Source: Mobula hypostoma (lineage: Eukaryota). Taken from it: a stretch of 60,000 nt of DNA. A model generated the notes under the pieces. The model saw only the letters and a program-made list of their open reading frames with translations, made no database searches and had not been told where the DNA came from. A program made the position numbers and the translations under genes. Position 1 is the stretch's first letter. Each line of letters starts with the position of its first letter. This document shows, one piece after another, positions 1-12,540 of the stretch. The stretch spans positions 107,572,001-107,632,000 of the forward strand of contig NC_086107.1 of the NCBI RefSeq assembly GCF_963921235.1, given 5' to 3'.

Positions 1-1494
1 TATTTCTAACTAAAGTTTGAAAGCAGAGCTTGATTGCCCTGGCTGTGCCATCATTAATACTTTTGACTTGGGGGGCGGCGGGGGGGGGAAATTGCACACT
101 TAACCCTTAAATGGCAAATGTGGGGATTCCCTAAGTGGTTAGGGAACTGCAAAAGAAAAATATGTAAAAGATTGTAAACTGATTGACTGAGATGAATATA
201 CAATGGTTTATAAAGCAGCTGTTGAAGCCTTAGTTCAAATGGTATATGATCATAGACAAGAAAAAATTGGAGATGTTACTTTAGGCGTAGCTAGATATTT
301 TTATCATGTGTTACATTTATTTGACATTGTATGAAAGCAGATGAATTGAAAGCTTGTACTAAAACATCATTTATTTGGGAAAATGTTAAATAGTTTGACC
401 TGATAAACAATATGGAAATATATTTGACATTGGTAAGAAAGCTTGCTTCAAATTTACTCAGATTAGAAAATGGTGAAGTTTAACAGCAAGGGGCAAGGAT
501 TTGTTTATAATGTATTGGCCTTAATCTTAAAACTCAGTGCTTTTTTCAAAGTCATTTATATATTATTTGTCCAGAGTTGGAAGTAAAACAAAATCTAAAT
601 ATTCTTAAAAATACAAAGTCAATTTATCATCAAAGTACATATATGTACCTATACAACCTTGAGATTTGTTTTTCGCTGGCATTCACAGTAAGTACAAAGA
701 AACACAATAGAATCAATGAAAGATGGACAAACACCCAATGTGCAAAAGACAACAAACTGCAAATACAAAAAGAAAAAAGATAATAAAGTGATATGTAGTG
801 TATTCTGAATACTACAACATTGATATCAAGTAAATTTACACATTGTTCATGGATACAAAAATACTTGTAGAGAAACATGTTAAATGTAGTTTTTGATACA
901 TAATTTCAGTGTGTATGTTTTTATTATCTTTAACCCTCTATTTATAACAATGGTATTCAAATTGTGTTTAATTCACAAGGAGTGTTATAAAATCTGATTG
1001 CATTGAAATAAAAGCATATGTCATTATTGCCAACATGATAATCTAAGCATGGCAGGGTAAATCTACACAATACTCAACTTTTGGACTAAGTAGTGTTTTG
1101 TGAAGATCTGTCATAGCTCCCTACTCTGATATTCTACATCTTGCCTTTTTACCACCCTAATAAAAACTGCTTTAGGATCAGTGGACATACTTTTATAGTA
1201 TTTGTATCTGGGGTGTATATTTGTAAATATGCTGCAGGCTGAGGCAATGAAGCTGTGTATAAGGAAAGAAGGAAAAACAATCATAAATCTTAATCTAACA
1301 TCTTCTTACTCTGATACTGTGATCAGTTTTGCATTTCAAATTCAGGAAGTGTGCTGGGCAGGTCCATAAATGTCACATGGCCAACTTAAAGTTATTTACC
1401 TTTGTGCAAATACAGTTCACATACTAAGGGCTTTGAACTATAGACCTTATGATTTGGATGAGGTCGGTACCAGATTTAGTAAAGTGGAGGCATT

Positions 1495-1725
1495 AGAGAC
1501 TGCAGATGCTGGAATCTGGAGTGGAAAAAACACAACCTGCTAGAGAGTCTTGGTAGGTCAGGTAGCATCTGTAGAGTGTAAGTGGACAATTGACAATAGA
1601 GGGGAATGGACGGTTGATGTTTCTGGTCAGTCCAGATGAAGGGTTTCGATCCAAATATTAACTATTATTTTTCTTTCTGCAGATGCGCCCTGACCTATTG
1701 TGTTCCCCAGCAGTTTTTTTTTCCT
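1495..1725. mobile_element. Degraded Penelope-derived fold-back (palindromic) short element
   Basis: Starts GAGACTGCAGATGCTGGAATC, and its arms resemble the Penelope terminal repeat at 39724/41710 in opposite orientations (..GGTCAGGTAGCATCTGTAGA.. / ..TCTGCAGATGCGCCCTGACC..). Centre has a decayed hammerhead-like CCAGATGAAGGGTTTCGATCCAAA. Confidence 0.6.
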
Positions 1726-2172
1726 GGCTTTGTGCCAGATTATCTACCCAAAGCTATAAGATATGATTCTCATTTGCCTTTCTCCAGTGTATTACATAGG
1801 CTCTTGCCATTAAACAGTGAACCAGATTATTGTTCATTCTGGATCTCAAGGATAGCATCCTCTGGAATGTTTTATTGTCTGTTTGTGAGGCATTTGCAAG
1901 TACATGTTTTCTGTTTTCTACCCTCACTTTCTCTTGCTCTCACTTTCATTTTATTTTTCCTCACTTAATTGTGTTTTCTTGCATGTGTGTTTCTTTGGTC
2001 TCTCCCTCTATTCCCTTTCTCTATCTTTTAACAACTACTCTGTGATGAATTACCTGCTGTACTGTGTCATGGCTTTGAATTTTTCACCTCATTGACGATC
2101 TAATCTATGGTCCAGGACTTGATATTGTAGAATTTACAGATTGCTCAGAATCTGATGTTGTTCTGTTTCTAG

Positions 2173-2241
2173 GAGATGGAGAAGATGACAGAGGAACTGC
2201 ACATACAGGCAAAGGAACATAATGCTAACACGGAGGTTCAG
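2173..2241 (+). CDS. Internal coding exon of an unidentified host gene (EMEKMTEELHIQAKEHNANTEVQ)
   Basis: Acceptor ttgttctgtttctag and donor CAG|gtaaaa. 69 nt, open only in phase 0, in non-repetitive context. Confidence 0.7.
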
Positions 2242-2475
2242 GTAAAAATGATTGTCATTTCAGATCACAATAAGTTACCTGGTTCTGTTGCATGTGCCAC
2301 TGCTGCTGTTCATGGCCAATGGCACAGTCAGCAAAATTACACAAAGTAAAATTCCTCAGATTTGCAAGATGAGTTCACTATTTACTTTAAAAGTACAGAT
2401 AGTTTATTTAGGCTAACTGCCAGAATGACCACCATTAGGGAAAAGCAGATGTTCTCTTTAGAAATACTATTATAA

Positions 2476-3559
2476 TCTATATACTACTAAAACTCTCATG
2501 CTCTGTCTGTTTGTGACCTCCAATTAGTGCAAGCGGTGCATTACAGCAGCACTTTTTTTGGCTCAATTGAATTAAAATGCGCTAACTTACAGAATGCAGG
2601 CAAAGTTCAGGGTTATATATTCGTATAAAATCGCTCATTCGCCAAAAATCAACACGCTGGCTTTCACCCAAGACCCGATCGGCCATCATGGAAATCGGGA
2701 CGCAACAACCCGACGCATGCACACGGCCAGCCTCAGCAGCGACACCTACCGGAGCAAAAGGGCAGGGCAGCTCTATTTCGAGGGGACATTCTGCTCATCA
2801 CCATCAGCATGTGCAGGATTGGGACACATCTAACTGCCACCCATCAATAAGAGATAATTAAATCTTATTGTAATGACATACTCCGAGACACCCATAAAAC
2901 CCTTTGCTGCAGTTGAAGGAGAGCGGTGACTATATCACATCCATTTAAGAGAGTGCCAACCACATCATCAAGAATAATCAGCATCCTTTGGTGTTAGTGC
3001 TTTGTATCTTCTATCCAGCAGTAGAGTAAAAAAAATGGTCAACCTAATTATGCCGCGTGGAAAGGGAAGGGGGACGTTATGGTCGAGATGACGCCATACG
3101 TCATCGGGAAGCGGCACGGAGAGGGAGAGAACAAGAATTGGATGAAGCCAGGGCCGTACAACTCCAGGATCAGAGTCAAGACAAAAAAAGATGAGAGAAG
3201 AAGAGATAGAGGAGGAGAGGCATGCACGTCTCCAGGATCAGGGACAAACAACAAACAGCAGAAGAGATGAAGAGATGGGGGATGAAAAGGCTGCACGTCT
3301 CCAGAATGACAACGAGAAGCACAAGTGTGGCAGATAAACCAGAAATGATGCCATCAAAAGTGTCTTTCGTTAAATGAGGAGCAGTTATATTTGCTTTGCT
3401 ACGTGTCGTTCTTCTTTAATAAACTGAGGTTTTCTACTTCAGTTTCCAAAGCAAAGCGATACCAATAGCATTCAGGAAAATTTAATGTTCATTCTGGTCA
3501 CATCAGACTGCACTACCCTTCTCTCCAAGGGTGCCCCAACAGGTTACCCTGTTGTCTAG
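2476..3559 (+). mobile_element. Non-autonomous Helitron (internally deleted) retaining the N-terminal part of RepHel
   Basis: 5' A|TCTATATACTACTAAAACTC and 3' hairpin CAACAGG-TTAC-CCTGTTG followed by TCTAG|T, with no TSD. CpG-rich compared with the flanks. A frameshifted ORF from ATG 3050 has E/R-rich repeats (ELDEARAVQLQDQ, EIEEERHARLQDQ, DEKAARLQND) like the STPR-type repeats at Helitron RepHel N-termini. Confidence 0.8.
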
Positions 3560-6128
3560 TTGTTCTTTAAGCACTTGAAGTACAGTGTAATAGCACTTTA
3601 CACACAATGCATGGATTGGATTATACCATGAGCTTTCTGATTTTTTAGCACACTTTATTTAAAGGAAGCTTTTTCTAACAACTTCTGTGTATGACCCAAC
3701 TGTAATTTTGTGGCTCCTTTCACATACACTGCCCCACAAAGTTTATCTCCTAACAAGTCTGTAGATCTTCAATCAACTTTTTATTTAATCTTTTATGTTT
3801 CAATATGTCATGTCCCTTACAGTCATGGTAAATGAACAAAGAAGTTCTACTGAATACAATGCTATAACGATTAGTTAATGAGGTGACTTTGGTTGTTGCG
3901 AGCATTTATTTTCGCATTGGATGCTTAGGAGTGTGAAGTAACCAAGAATCACTGTGTGCTTTATGGTTAGCCATAATGGCCTGTGGAAATTGTATTTAAC
4001 AAGTTCAGAATAATACGACTAAGAAGCAGAGTGATTACTAAAGCTAGAAAAAAAAGCTAGAAATGGTTATTTTACATTGAATTTCCCAAGTCAAAAGGGA
4101 AATAAAAAGAAAGTTGTAAATGGTAAAAATCTGAAATGACTGCAAGTGCTTGGGGGATGCAGCAGCTAAATCAACAAATACATGAAAATGGATATCGGTG
4201 TTTGAAGTGGAACTCTTTGATCTTAGCTCAGTAATGAGTGTCTCCACCTAAAAGAAAGAGCGACCTTCCCTTTCATCTTTTCAGATACTGATTAACCTCC
4301 TGCACAGTTCAGTAATGTTGTACTTAACTGAATTGTGATAAAATTTGTATGTAGACCCCCAAACAGTAGTGAAGGTGTGGTCTACAAATTACAACGGGAG
4401 ATAGAAAAACATGCAAAAAGGCCAATGTTACAATAGTAATGGGAGACCTCAGGATGTAGGTAGATGGGGAAAATCAGGTTGGTGCTGGATCTTAAGAGGG
4501 GGAATTTCTAGAACGCCTACGAGAGCAGCTTGTGGTTGAGCCCATGAGGGTATTAGCTGTTCTGGATTGGGTGTTGTGTAAAGAACTGGAATTGATTAGC
4601 GAGCTTAAGGTAGAGGAACCCTTAGGGACCAGTGATCATAATATGATAGAATTCACTCCGCAAATTGAGAAGGAGGAGCTAAAGTAAGATGTATCAGTAT
4701 TACAGTAGAGTAAATGGAATTACAGAGGCATCTGAGAGGAGGTGGCCAAAATTGATTGAAAAAGAACACTGGCAGGGATGATGGCAGAGCAGCAATGGCT
4801 GGAATTTTCTGAGAGCAATTTGGATGGCGCAGCTTATGCACATCCCAAAGAGGAAGAAGTATTCTAAAGGCAAGATGACGCAACCATGGCTAACAAGAGA
4901 AGTCAAAGCCAACGTAAAAGCCAAAGAGGGGGCATATAATAGAGCAAAAATTAGTGAGGATTGGGAAGCTTTTAAAAACCAACAAGGTAACTAAAAAAAG
5001 TTATAAAGAAAGAAAAGACAGAATACAAAGGTAAACTAGCCAATAATATTAAAGAGGATACCAAAAGTTTCTTCAGCAATACGGAGTGTGAAAGAGAGGC
5101 GAGAGTAGATATTGGACCACCGGAAAATGATGCTGGTGAGGTAGTAGTGGCGGACAAAGAAATGACAGACAAACTGAATAAGTATTTTGCATCAGTTTTC
5201 ACTGTGGAAGACAATAGCTGTATGCTGGAAGTTCAAGAGTGTTGGGGCATGAGGTGTGTGAAGTTGCCATTATTACGGAGAAGGTGCTTGGAAAGCTGAA
5301 AAGTTCCCTGTACCAGATGGTATACACACCAGCGTTCTGAATGAGGTGGCTAAAGAGATTGTGGAGGCGCTAGTAATGATTTTTCAAGAATCAATTGATT
5401 CTGGCATGGTTCTAGAAGACTGGAAAATTGCAAATGTCACTCCACTCTTCAAGAAGGGTAGGAGGCAGAAGAAAGGAAATTATAGGCCAGTTAGTGTAAC
5501 CTCAGCGGGTGGGAACTTGTTGGAGTCGATTGTTAAGGATGTGGTTTCAGGGTACTTAGATGTATTAGGGAAAGTATTGCCTGATAAATCTGTTGGAATT
5601 CTTTAAAGAAATAACAAGGTGGATAGACAAAAGAGAATTAGTGGATGCTGTGTACTTGAATTTTCAGATGGTCTTTGACATGGTGCCATACAGGGGGCTA
5701 CTTAGGTTAAGATTCCATGGTATTACAGAAAAGATGCTAGCATGTTCCAGTTTTTTCAATCAACCATTGGCTGATTGGCAGGAGGCAAAGAGTGGGGATG
5801 CAGGGAGACTTTTCTGGTTGGCTGCTGTGTTCCACCGTGGTCTGTACTGGGACTGCTTTTTTACGTTATACATCAGTGATTTGGATGATGGAGTTGATGG
5901 CTTTGTGGCCAAATTTGTGGATAATACCAAGATAGGTGGAGAGGCAGGTTGTTTTGAGGAAGTAGAGAAGCTACAGAAGGACTTAGACAGATTAAGAGAA
6001 TAGGCAAAAAGGTGGTAGGTGGAATACATTGTTGGGAAGTGTTTGGTCATGCACTTTGGCAGAAGAAATAAAAGTATTTTCTAAATGGAGGGAAAATTAA
6101 AAATTCAGTGAGTTCCTGTGCAGGATTC

Positions 6129-7870
6129 CATAAGACATGGGAGCAAAATTAGGCTATTCAGCCCATCGAGACTGCTCCGCCACTCCATCGTGGCTGATCC
6201 CAGATCCCATTCAACCCCGTACACCAGCCTTTTCGCCATATCCTTTGGTGCCCTGACTGCTCAAGGAATGATAGACTTATGCCTTAAATATACCCAGGGA
6301 CTTGGCCTCCACAGCAGTCTGTGGCCGAGCATTCCACAGATTCACTACTCTCTTGCAAAAAAAAGTCCTCCTTACCTCTGTTCTAAAAGGTCACCCCTCA
6401 ATTTTGAGGCTGTGCCATCTGGTTCTGGAAACCCCCACCATAGGAAACACCCTCTCCATATCCATCCTATCTAGTCCTTTCAACATTCAATACATTTCAA
6501 TGATATCCCTCCCCACCCCCTGCAAAGCTGCCAAATGCTCCTCATATGATAACCCCTTCATTCCTGGAATCAACCTTGTGAACCTCCTCTGGACTCTCTC
6601 CAATGACAACACATCCTTTCTGAGAAATGGGTCCAAAACTGTTGACAATACTCCATCCTGACTAGCGCTCAGCATTATCTCCTAGCCTTTATATTCTATT
6701 CCCCTTGAAATAAATGCCAACATTGCATATGCTTTCTTTACCACAGACTCGACCTGGAAATTAACCTTTTGGGAGTCTTGCACGAGGACTCCTAAGTCCT
6801 CCTTCACTTTTGATGTTTGAACCTTCTCCCCATTTAGATAGTAGCCTGCACTGTTGTTCCTTTTACCAAAATGCATCATCATACATTTTCCGACACTGTA
6901 TTCCATCTCTCACTTTTTTTGCCCGTTCTTCCAATTTGTCTAAGTCCTGCTACAATCGCATTGCTTCCTCAGCACCACCTACCCCTCCACCTAAATTGGT
7001 ATTATCTGCAAATTTTGCCACAAAGCCATCTATTCCATTACCCAAATCATTGACAAACAATGTGAAAAATAGTGGTCCCAATACTGACCCTGAGGAACAC
7101 CACTAGTCACTGACAGCCAACCAGAAAAGGCCCCTCTTATTCCCACTCGCTGCATCCTGCCTGTCAGCCATTCCTGTATCTATGCTAGTATCTTTGCTGT
7201 AATGCCATAGGATTTTATCTTATTAAGCATCATGTGTAGCACTTTATCAGATGCCTTCTGAAAATCCAAGTAAATGACAACCACTGCCTCTCCTTTGTCC
7301 GCCTTGCTTAAACTTCCCTTTACAGAACCATACTGACTTTGTTTTATTTTATCATTAGTCTCCAAGTACCCCGACACCTCATCCTTAATAATAGACTCCA
7401 ACACTTTCCCAACCAATGAGGTTAGGCTAACTGGTCTATAATTTCCTTTCTTTTGCCTTCCTCGCTTCCTAAAGAGTGGGGTGACATTTGCACACTTCCA
7501 GTCCTCCGGGACCATGCCAGAATCAAGTGATTCTTGAAAGATTATGAAAAATGCATCCATTATCTCTTCAGCAATCTCTCTCAGGACTCTGGGATGTAGT
7601 CCATCTGGTCCAGGTAATTTATCCACTGTAAGACCTTTGTGTTTGCCTAGCACTTTTTCCTGTGTAATAGCAATGACAAACACTTATGCTCCCTGGCACT
7701 TATGGACCTCTGGCACACTGCTAGTGTCTTCCAAGATGCAAAGTCCCATTAAATTCATCTGCCATTTCTTTGTCCCCTATTACTACCTCACCAGCATCAT
7801 TTTCCAGTGGTCCAATATCAACTCTCACTTCCCATTTACTCTTTGTATAACTGAAAAAAACTTGTTTTTT
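6129..7870 (-). mobile_element. CR1 LINE 3' portion inserted antisense into the previous CR1
   Basis: Minus-strand ORFs PGPDGLHPRVLRE..GNYRPVSLTS..YLDFQKA (7180-7683) and LERVQRRFTRLIPG (6487-6675). CR1 tail at about 6130-6170. Host CR1 sequence GATTCC is repeated at both junctions. Confidence 0.88.
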
Positions 7871-8175
7871 TGATTCCCTAAAGTTACTTTGCAGGTTGAG
7901 TTGGTGGTGAGGAAGGCAAATGCAACGTTATGCTTCATTTCAAGAGGACTAGAATATAAAGGCAAAGATGAAATGTTGAGGCTTTATAAAGCACTGGTGA
8001 GACCTCACTTGGGGTATTGTGAGCAGTTTTGGGCCCCTCATCTGAGAAAGGGTGGCTCTGGGGATGCCTAGAGGATGGTTCCTATGGTGGGGAGTCTAAG
8101 ACCAGAGGACATGGTCTCAGAATAGAGGGACATCCTTTTAGAATGGATATGAGGAAGAATTTCTTCTGTCAGAGA

Positions 8176-8840
8176 TCAGATTAGATTATTAGATTATGAG
8201 GACACTCAGTCCTTGTTTATTATCATTTAGAAATGCATGCATTTGCATTAAGAAATGATACAATGTTCCTCCAGTATGATATCACAGAAACACAGGACAG
8301 ACCAAGACTAAAACTGACAAAAACCACATAATTATAACATATAGTTACAACAGTGCAAAGCAATACTGTAATTTGATAAAGAGCAGGCCATGGGCACGGT
8401 AAAAAAATGTTTCAAAGTCCCGATAGCCCATCATCTCACGCAGACGGTAGAAGGGGGAAACCCTCCCTGCCACGAACCTCCAGCGCCGCAAACTTGCCGA
8501 TGCAGCACCCTGGAAGCACCCGACCACAGCCAACTCTGAGCCTGTCTGAGCCTCCGACCAGCCCTCCGACACCTCTGCCAAGTGCTTTGACCCCGCCCCG
8601 GCTGCCGAGCAACAAGCAAAGCCGAGGACTTGGTGCCTTCCCCTCCAGAGATTCTAGACCACTCAGCAGCAGCGGCAGTGAAACAGGCATTTCAGAAGTT
8701 TCACCAGATGTTCCTCCGTGCTCTCACATCTGCCTCCATCAAATCAGGATTGTGCTCGGCACCCTACTTGACAGATAACAGATATTCATCACCAGAGTGG
8801 CCGCTGCACACTGCGTCGTGCTGCCATCTTCTCCTCTCCT
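8176..8840 (-). mobile_element. Non-autonomous retroposon (GC-rich body, AAGATGGCAGC-type 5' end, AATAAA plus (TAATC)n tail)
   Basis: Splits the host CR1 motif ..CAGAGAGTGGT.. with AGAGA repeated at 8171-8175 and 8841-8845. On the minus strand it starts AGGAGAGGAGAAGATGGCAGC and ends ..ATAATAAAC..ATAATCTAATAATCTAATCTGA. Confidence 0.7.
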
Positions 8841-9139
8841 AGAGAGTGGTAAATCTGTGGAATTCGTTGCCACAGGCGGCTGTGGAGGGCAAGTCATTTG
8901 GTACATTTAAGGCAAAGGTTGATCAATTCTTGTTTATTCAGGGCATGAGGGGTTACGGGGAGAATGCAGGAAATTAGGGCTGAGAGGGAAAATGGATCAG
9001 CCATGATAAAATGGCAGAGCAGACTTGATAGCCCAAATGGCCTAATTCTGCTTCTATATTTTATGGTCTCAGAAGTTACTCAGGCCTTTATGCGTATGAG
9101 AGAATATTCAAAGGGACATACATCATGGAAGGTGGTTAT

Positions 9140-11980
9140 TGGGTCCATTATAGCTTGTTGAGAAAGAACTACCCTGTCTAATCCCACCTTCTGGTTTAGG
9201 CCTGTGGGTCACAGCTATGAATACATCTGTAGTTCCAATTACTTTTTAAATGTGATGATGGTGTTGCATTCTACCACATTTTCAGATGGTGAGTTCATTA
9301 CTCCTTACCCTCTGAATCAAAGGATCATCCCCTCTCTAATATTTCCAACAATTACTTAAAATCTATGCCCTGGCTTTAATCCATTCTGGTTTTGGAAGTA
9401 GGTCCTTTTTACATAATATATCTAGGTTTTTCATCTGAAAAGTCTTCCTTTAGCACTCAGCTTTCAAGAAAAACAACTCGTCCTATCCAATCTTTCCTAA
9501 TAATAGCTAATATATTTCCACTCTTAGCAACATCCTGGTAAATATGCTGTACACCCTATTCAGTGCAATCATATCTAACCTGTAATGTGGTGACCAGAAT
9601 TCTGTAGTACTCAAGCTGCACACAAGTTCTCATGTAACCTCCCAGCTTTTACTCTGTATATCAGCAAATATCCCAAGAGATTCCACTTGTTTTAACCATC
9701 TTATTCACCTGACTCACTACCATCAAGGATCTATGGCCATGCACTTGAAGCTCCGGTTGATCCTTCACACTTCTCACTTGTTTTATATAGATCCCTGGTA
9801 TGTTACACATCCCTAATGCACAGCCTTGCGCTTCGCTGGATTAAATGTCATTTGTCACTTTTCTGTCTAATTAACCAGACCATCTGTTTTACACTTTAGC
9901 AGTTTTCTCTGCACTGACAACAACATGGCTATTTTTTTAAAAATCTGCAAACTTTCATGGTCCCTATATTTCACTAAACTATCATTATGTTCTCCAACAG
10001 AGCAAGAGACTAAGTAATGAAAGCAGCCTGTTAAAATGTCTGTGAGCAATTACTTATTTCTTCATGACACTGACCATTTCTGGATCCAATTTGCTGTCCT
10101 ATCATGGATTTAATATATTTTCATTGACCCAATTACCCTGTCAACCACCTTTGTAATTCATGCTCTTACCCTCTTCAAAAGTAAAAAACTCTGATCAAGT
10201 TAGACAAGACCTTCCTTCATGGATCCATTCTCAATGTCCTTGATTAATTTGTGCCTTTTGAACGATGGTGTCTCTCAAAATTGATTCCAGTGATTTTCCC
10301 GCTGTTGAAGTTAAACTAGCTGGTCTGTAAGTGCTCAGGTTATTCCTTCCTTTCTTTATGAACATTGTCAGTTCTCCAGTCCTCTACATCACTTTTAAAG
10401 TCATGAAGGATTTAACTATTATTTCCTCCCTTGCTGTTTTTAACAACCTGAAATATATTTCTTCTGGTTTTAGCAATTTATCCACTTTTAATGATGTTAA
10501 CACTAGATTTGGCACCTTTTTTCTTTGTGAATAATGAACCCTTTGCATCTCACTCTTGAATTTACATTCCATGACTATAAGACTGATTTACTTTCGTGCA
10601 GCTGGTTCTGATTCACTTTTCCTAAAACTTCATAATCCAATAAAATTTGTATTTTCCCAATTTGGATGCTTTTTCTTAATTTAGCTTTGTCTTTTCTTCC
10701 ATAACTATGCTGTCTAATGGAGTAATGATTACCACTGTAAAAATGTTCTTCCAACTCTGCACTCTTATGTCCTAAAGCTAGATCCAGAATTGCCCCACTC
10801 TTGTTGAAACTATACTGGCTAAAAAAAATGTTCTTCCAACTCTGCACTCTTATGTCCTAAAGCTAGATCCAGAATTGCCCCACTCTTGTTGAAACCATAC
10901 TGGCTAAAAAAAAAGAAGCAGGGATTCTGTGATTTTTATACCCCAGCATGGAATTCATCACTATAATTGTTTTAGTGTTTTTACAGTTGTAAGAACTTTA
11001 CTTAATAGATTTGTTTCTTTGGGCCTTTGTGCTATGTGGTATAGCCCCAAAGGTGTGATTATGGTGTATGAGACTGTCCTGCTGGTTATATCCATATAGC
11101 CTAATTTGATGATCTTTCATACTGTACATATTATCCCTTCTCACCTCTTTGACTTGTCCTAACCAATTTTGGCATTCCCTATATTTCTTTTAATCCATCT
11201 CTATCTTGTACATTGAATCTTTGCTGCAAATCTTTAACCAACGTGATATCATTAATTAAAAGAACATTCTTTCATGCCTCTTTGGTTCTTCGGCATATGT
11301 ATACACTTCTGTACACATTGGACTGTTGCACTGGAATTAATTTGGAGATAACTAACTTCAGTGGTCCTGCTTCTGAATATCTTTCCTAATTCTTTTAACA
11401 CTCACCTGCATAACCTTGTTCCCCTTTCTGCCAGTATTATTGGATATATATTGACTCTGGTCTCTGGCTACTCACCTTTTCCCTCCAGAATGTTCTGCAA
11501 ACACTCAGTGATATCTTTAGCATTATTAATGCAATATTTCATCCCCAAATCAATCAGCAAACTTAGAAATGCCTATCCATTATCTAGTTGTAGAATTCCT
11601 ACCACTACTGTTTACTTTTCTTGACTTTTCTCCTCCCTCCTTGTATCATTGTATTATTCTTTTGTAAAGGCCTTGGTTTGCTCCTTTAAAAAAACTCCTA
11701 TCGTATTTATATTCAGACTCTTATTGATTGGAGAGCAAGATCCTCCCCTTACAGAAGGGTATACTTTTAAATCAACACACTGCTTTTTTTCTTAGTTGTC
11801 TGTGTACAATGTCTTAGTTCACAAGAAGACTATGATGTGAAGCACACTATTGATGACACATACCTTGTAAGTGACCCCAGAGATGCCAGCAGCTCATCAG
11901 ATTCCGAGACCGAGGGTTTAACCTTCTCCAACTGACTAGACTTCTTGGACCTGTGGTTATCTAGGAGTTGAGGATTGAGA
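9140..11980 (-). mobile_element. Old, highly decayed CR1 LINE including an ORF1 remnant
   Basis: Minus-strand remnants: NLVLTSL.. (10384-10572), endonuclease-like GAILDLAL..SGNHYSI (10575-10847), and ORF1-like NHRSKKSSQLEKVKPSVSESDELLASL (11830-12021). Boundaries are approximate. Confidence 0.6.
10739..10914. repeat. 85-bp tandem duplication (2 copies, 1 mismatch)
   Basis: AAAATGTTCTTCCAACTCTGCAC...GAAAC(T/C)ATACTGGCTAAAA occurs twice. TGTTCTTCC starts at 10744 and 10829. Confidence 0.95.
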
Positions 11981-12540
11981 TGCTTTGCCAACAAAAGTAA
12001 AACGCACACATACACACTCACTCACAGCACAGTAACCAGTTCTTTCATTTGTTCTGACCTTAATCAGCAAGCCAGCACCATGCTGTTTCCCACTCCCTCT
12101 TGTGTCATTTCTGTTTTCAAAAGAATGTACTTGTGAAGTGCTTCACCTAATTTTCCCACTTCTCAGTATCCTGAGTTTTGTACCCTGTATGAGTGAAGGG
12201 CTCTGGGGAATTGGCACTAGAGAAAAGTTAGGCCAACGAGGAGCAGCCGAAGTAATAGTGAATGGCAGAACAGGCTTGAGGATTCAAGTGGCCTTCTCCT
12301 GTTTTCGTATGTTTTTGTGCACTCTATGAAATTCGACATGTAGAAATTTCAAGTTCAAAGTAAATTTATTATCACAGTACTTATATGTCACCATATACAC
12401 AGGGTTGCTTCTCCCTGTAAAATTAGTATCATTGATTATGTAGCTGAATAGTTTCTCAGTTGGTCACTTGCTTTTTTCCCTTCTGTGTTAGTTATGCCCA
12501 CTTCCTCACCTTTGAGTTGGATGTTACGGGCTTGAGACTC

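Larger units (their letters stand above)
4320..9067 (+). mobile_element. Decayed CR1 LINE (endonuclease end, RT, 3' tail), interrupted by two nested insertions
   Basis: ORF fragments WKIANVTPLFKKG..GNYRPVS (5346-5606), AVYLNFQ..FD and KFVDNTK (5593-6003), LYKALVRPHL (7889-8071). CR1 3' tail GGCCTAATTCTGCTTCTATATTTTATGGTC near 9040-9067. Confidence 0.9.

Noticed and set aside
69..88. G-rich run as a functional G-quadruplex
   Set aside because: A short low-complexity G tract. Similar runs occur elsewhere (for example about 58648) with nothing to indicate function.
8345..8842. Several overlapping 60-120 aa ORFs
   Set aside because: A by-product of high GC content inside a non-autonomous retroposon, with no protein motifs.
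11796..11866. Exon-like segment (cttag ... CTT|gtaagt)
   Set aside because: It lies inside a decayed antisense CR1 ORF1 region, and phase 0 (needed after exon 2173-2241) hits a stop.
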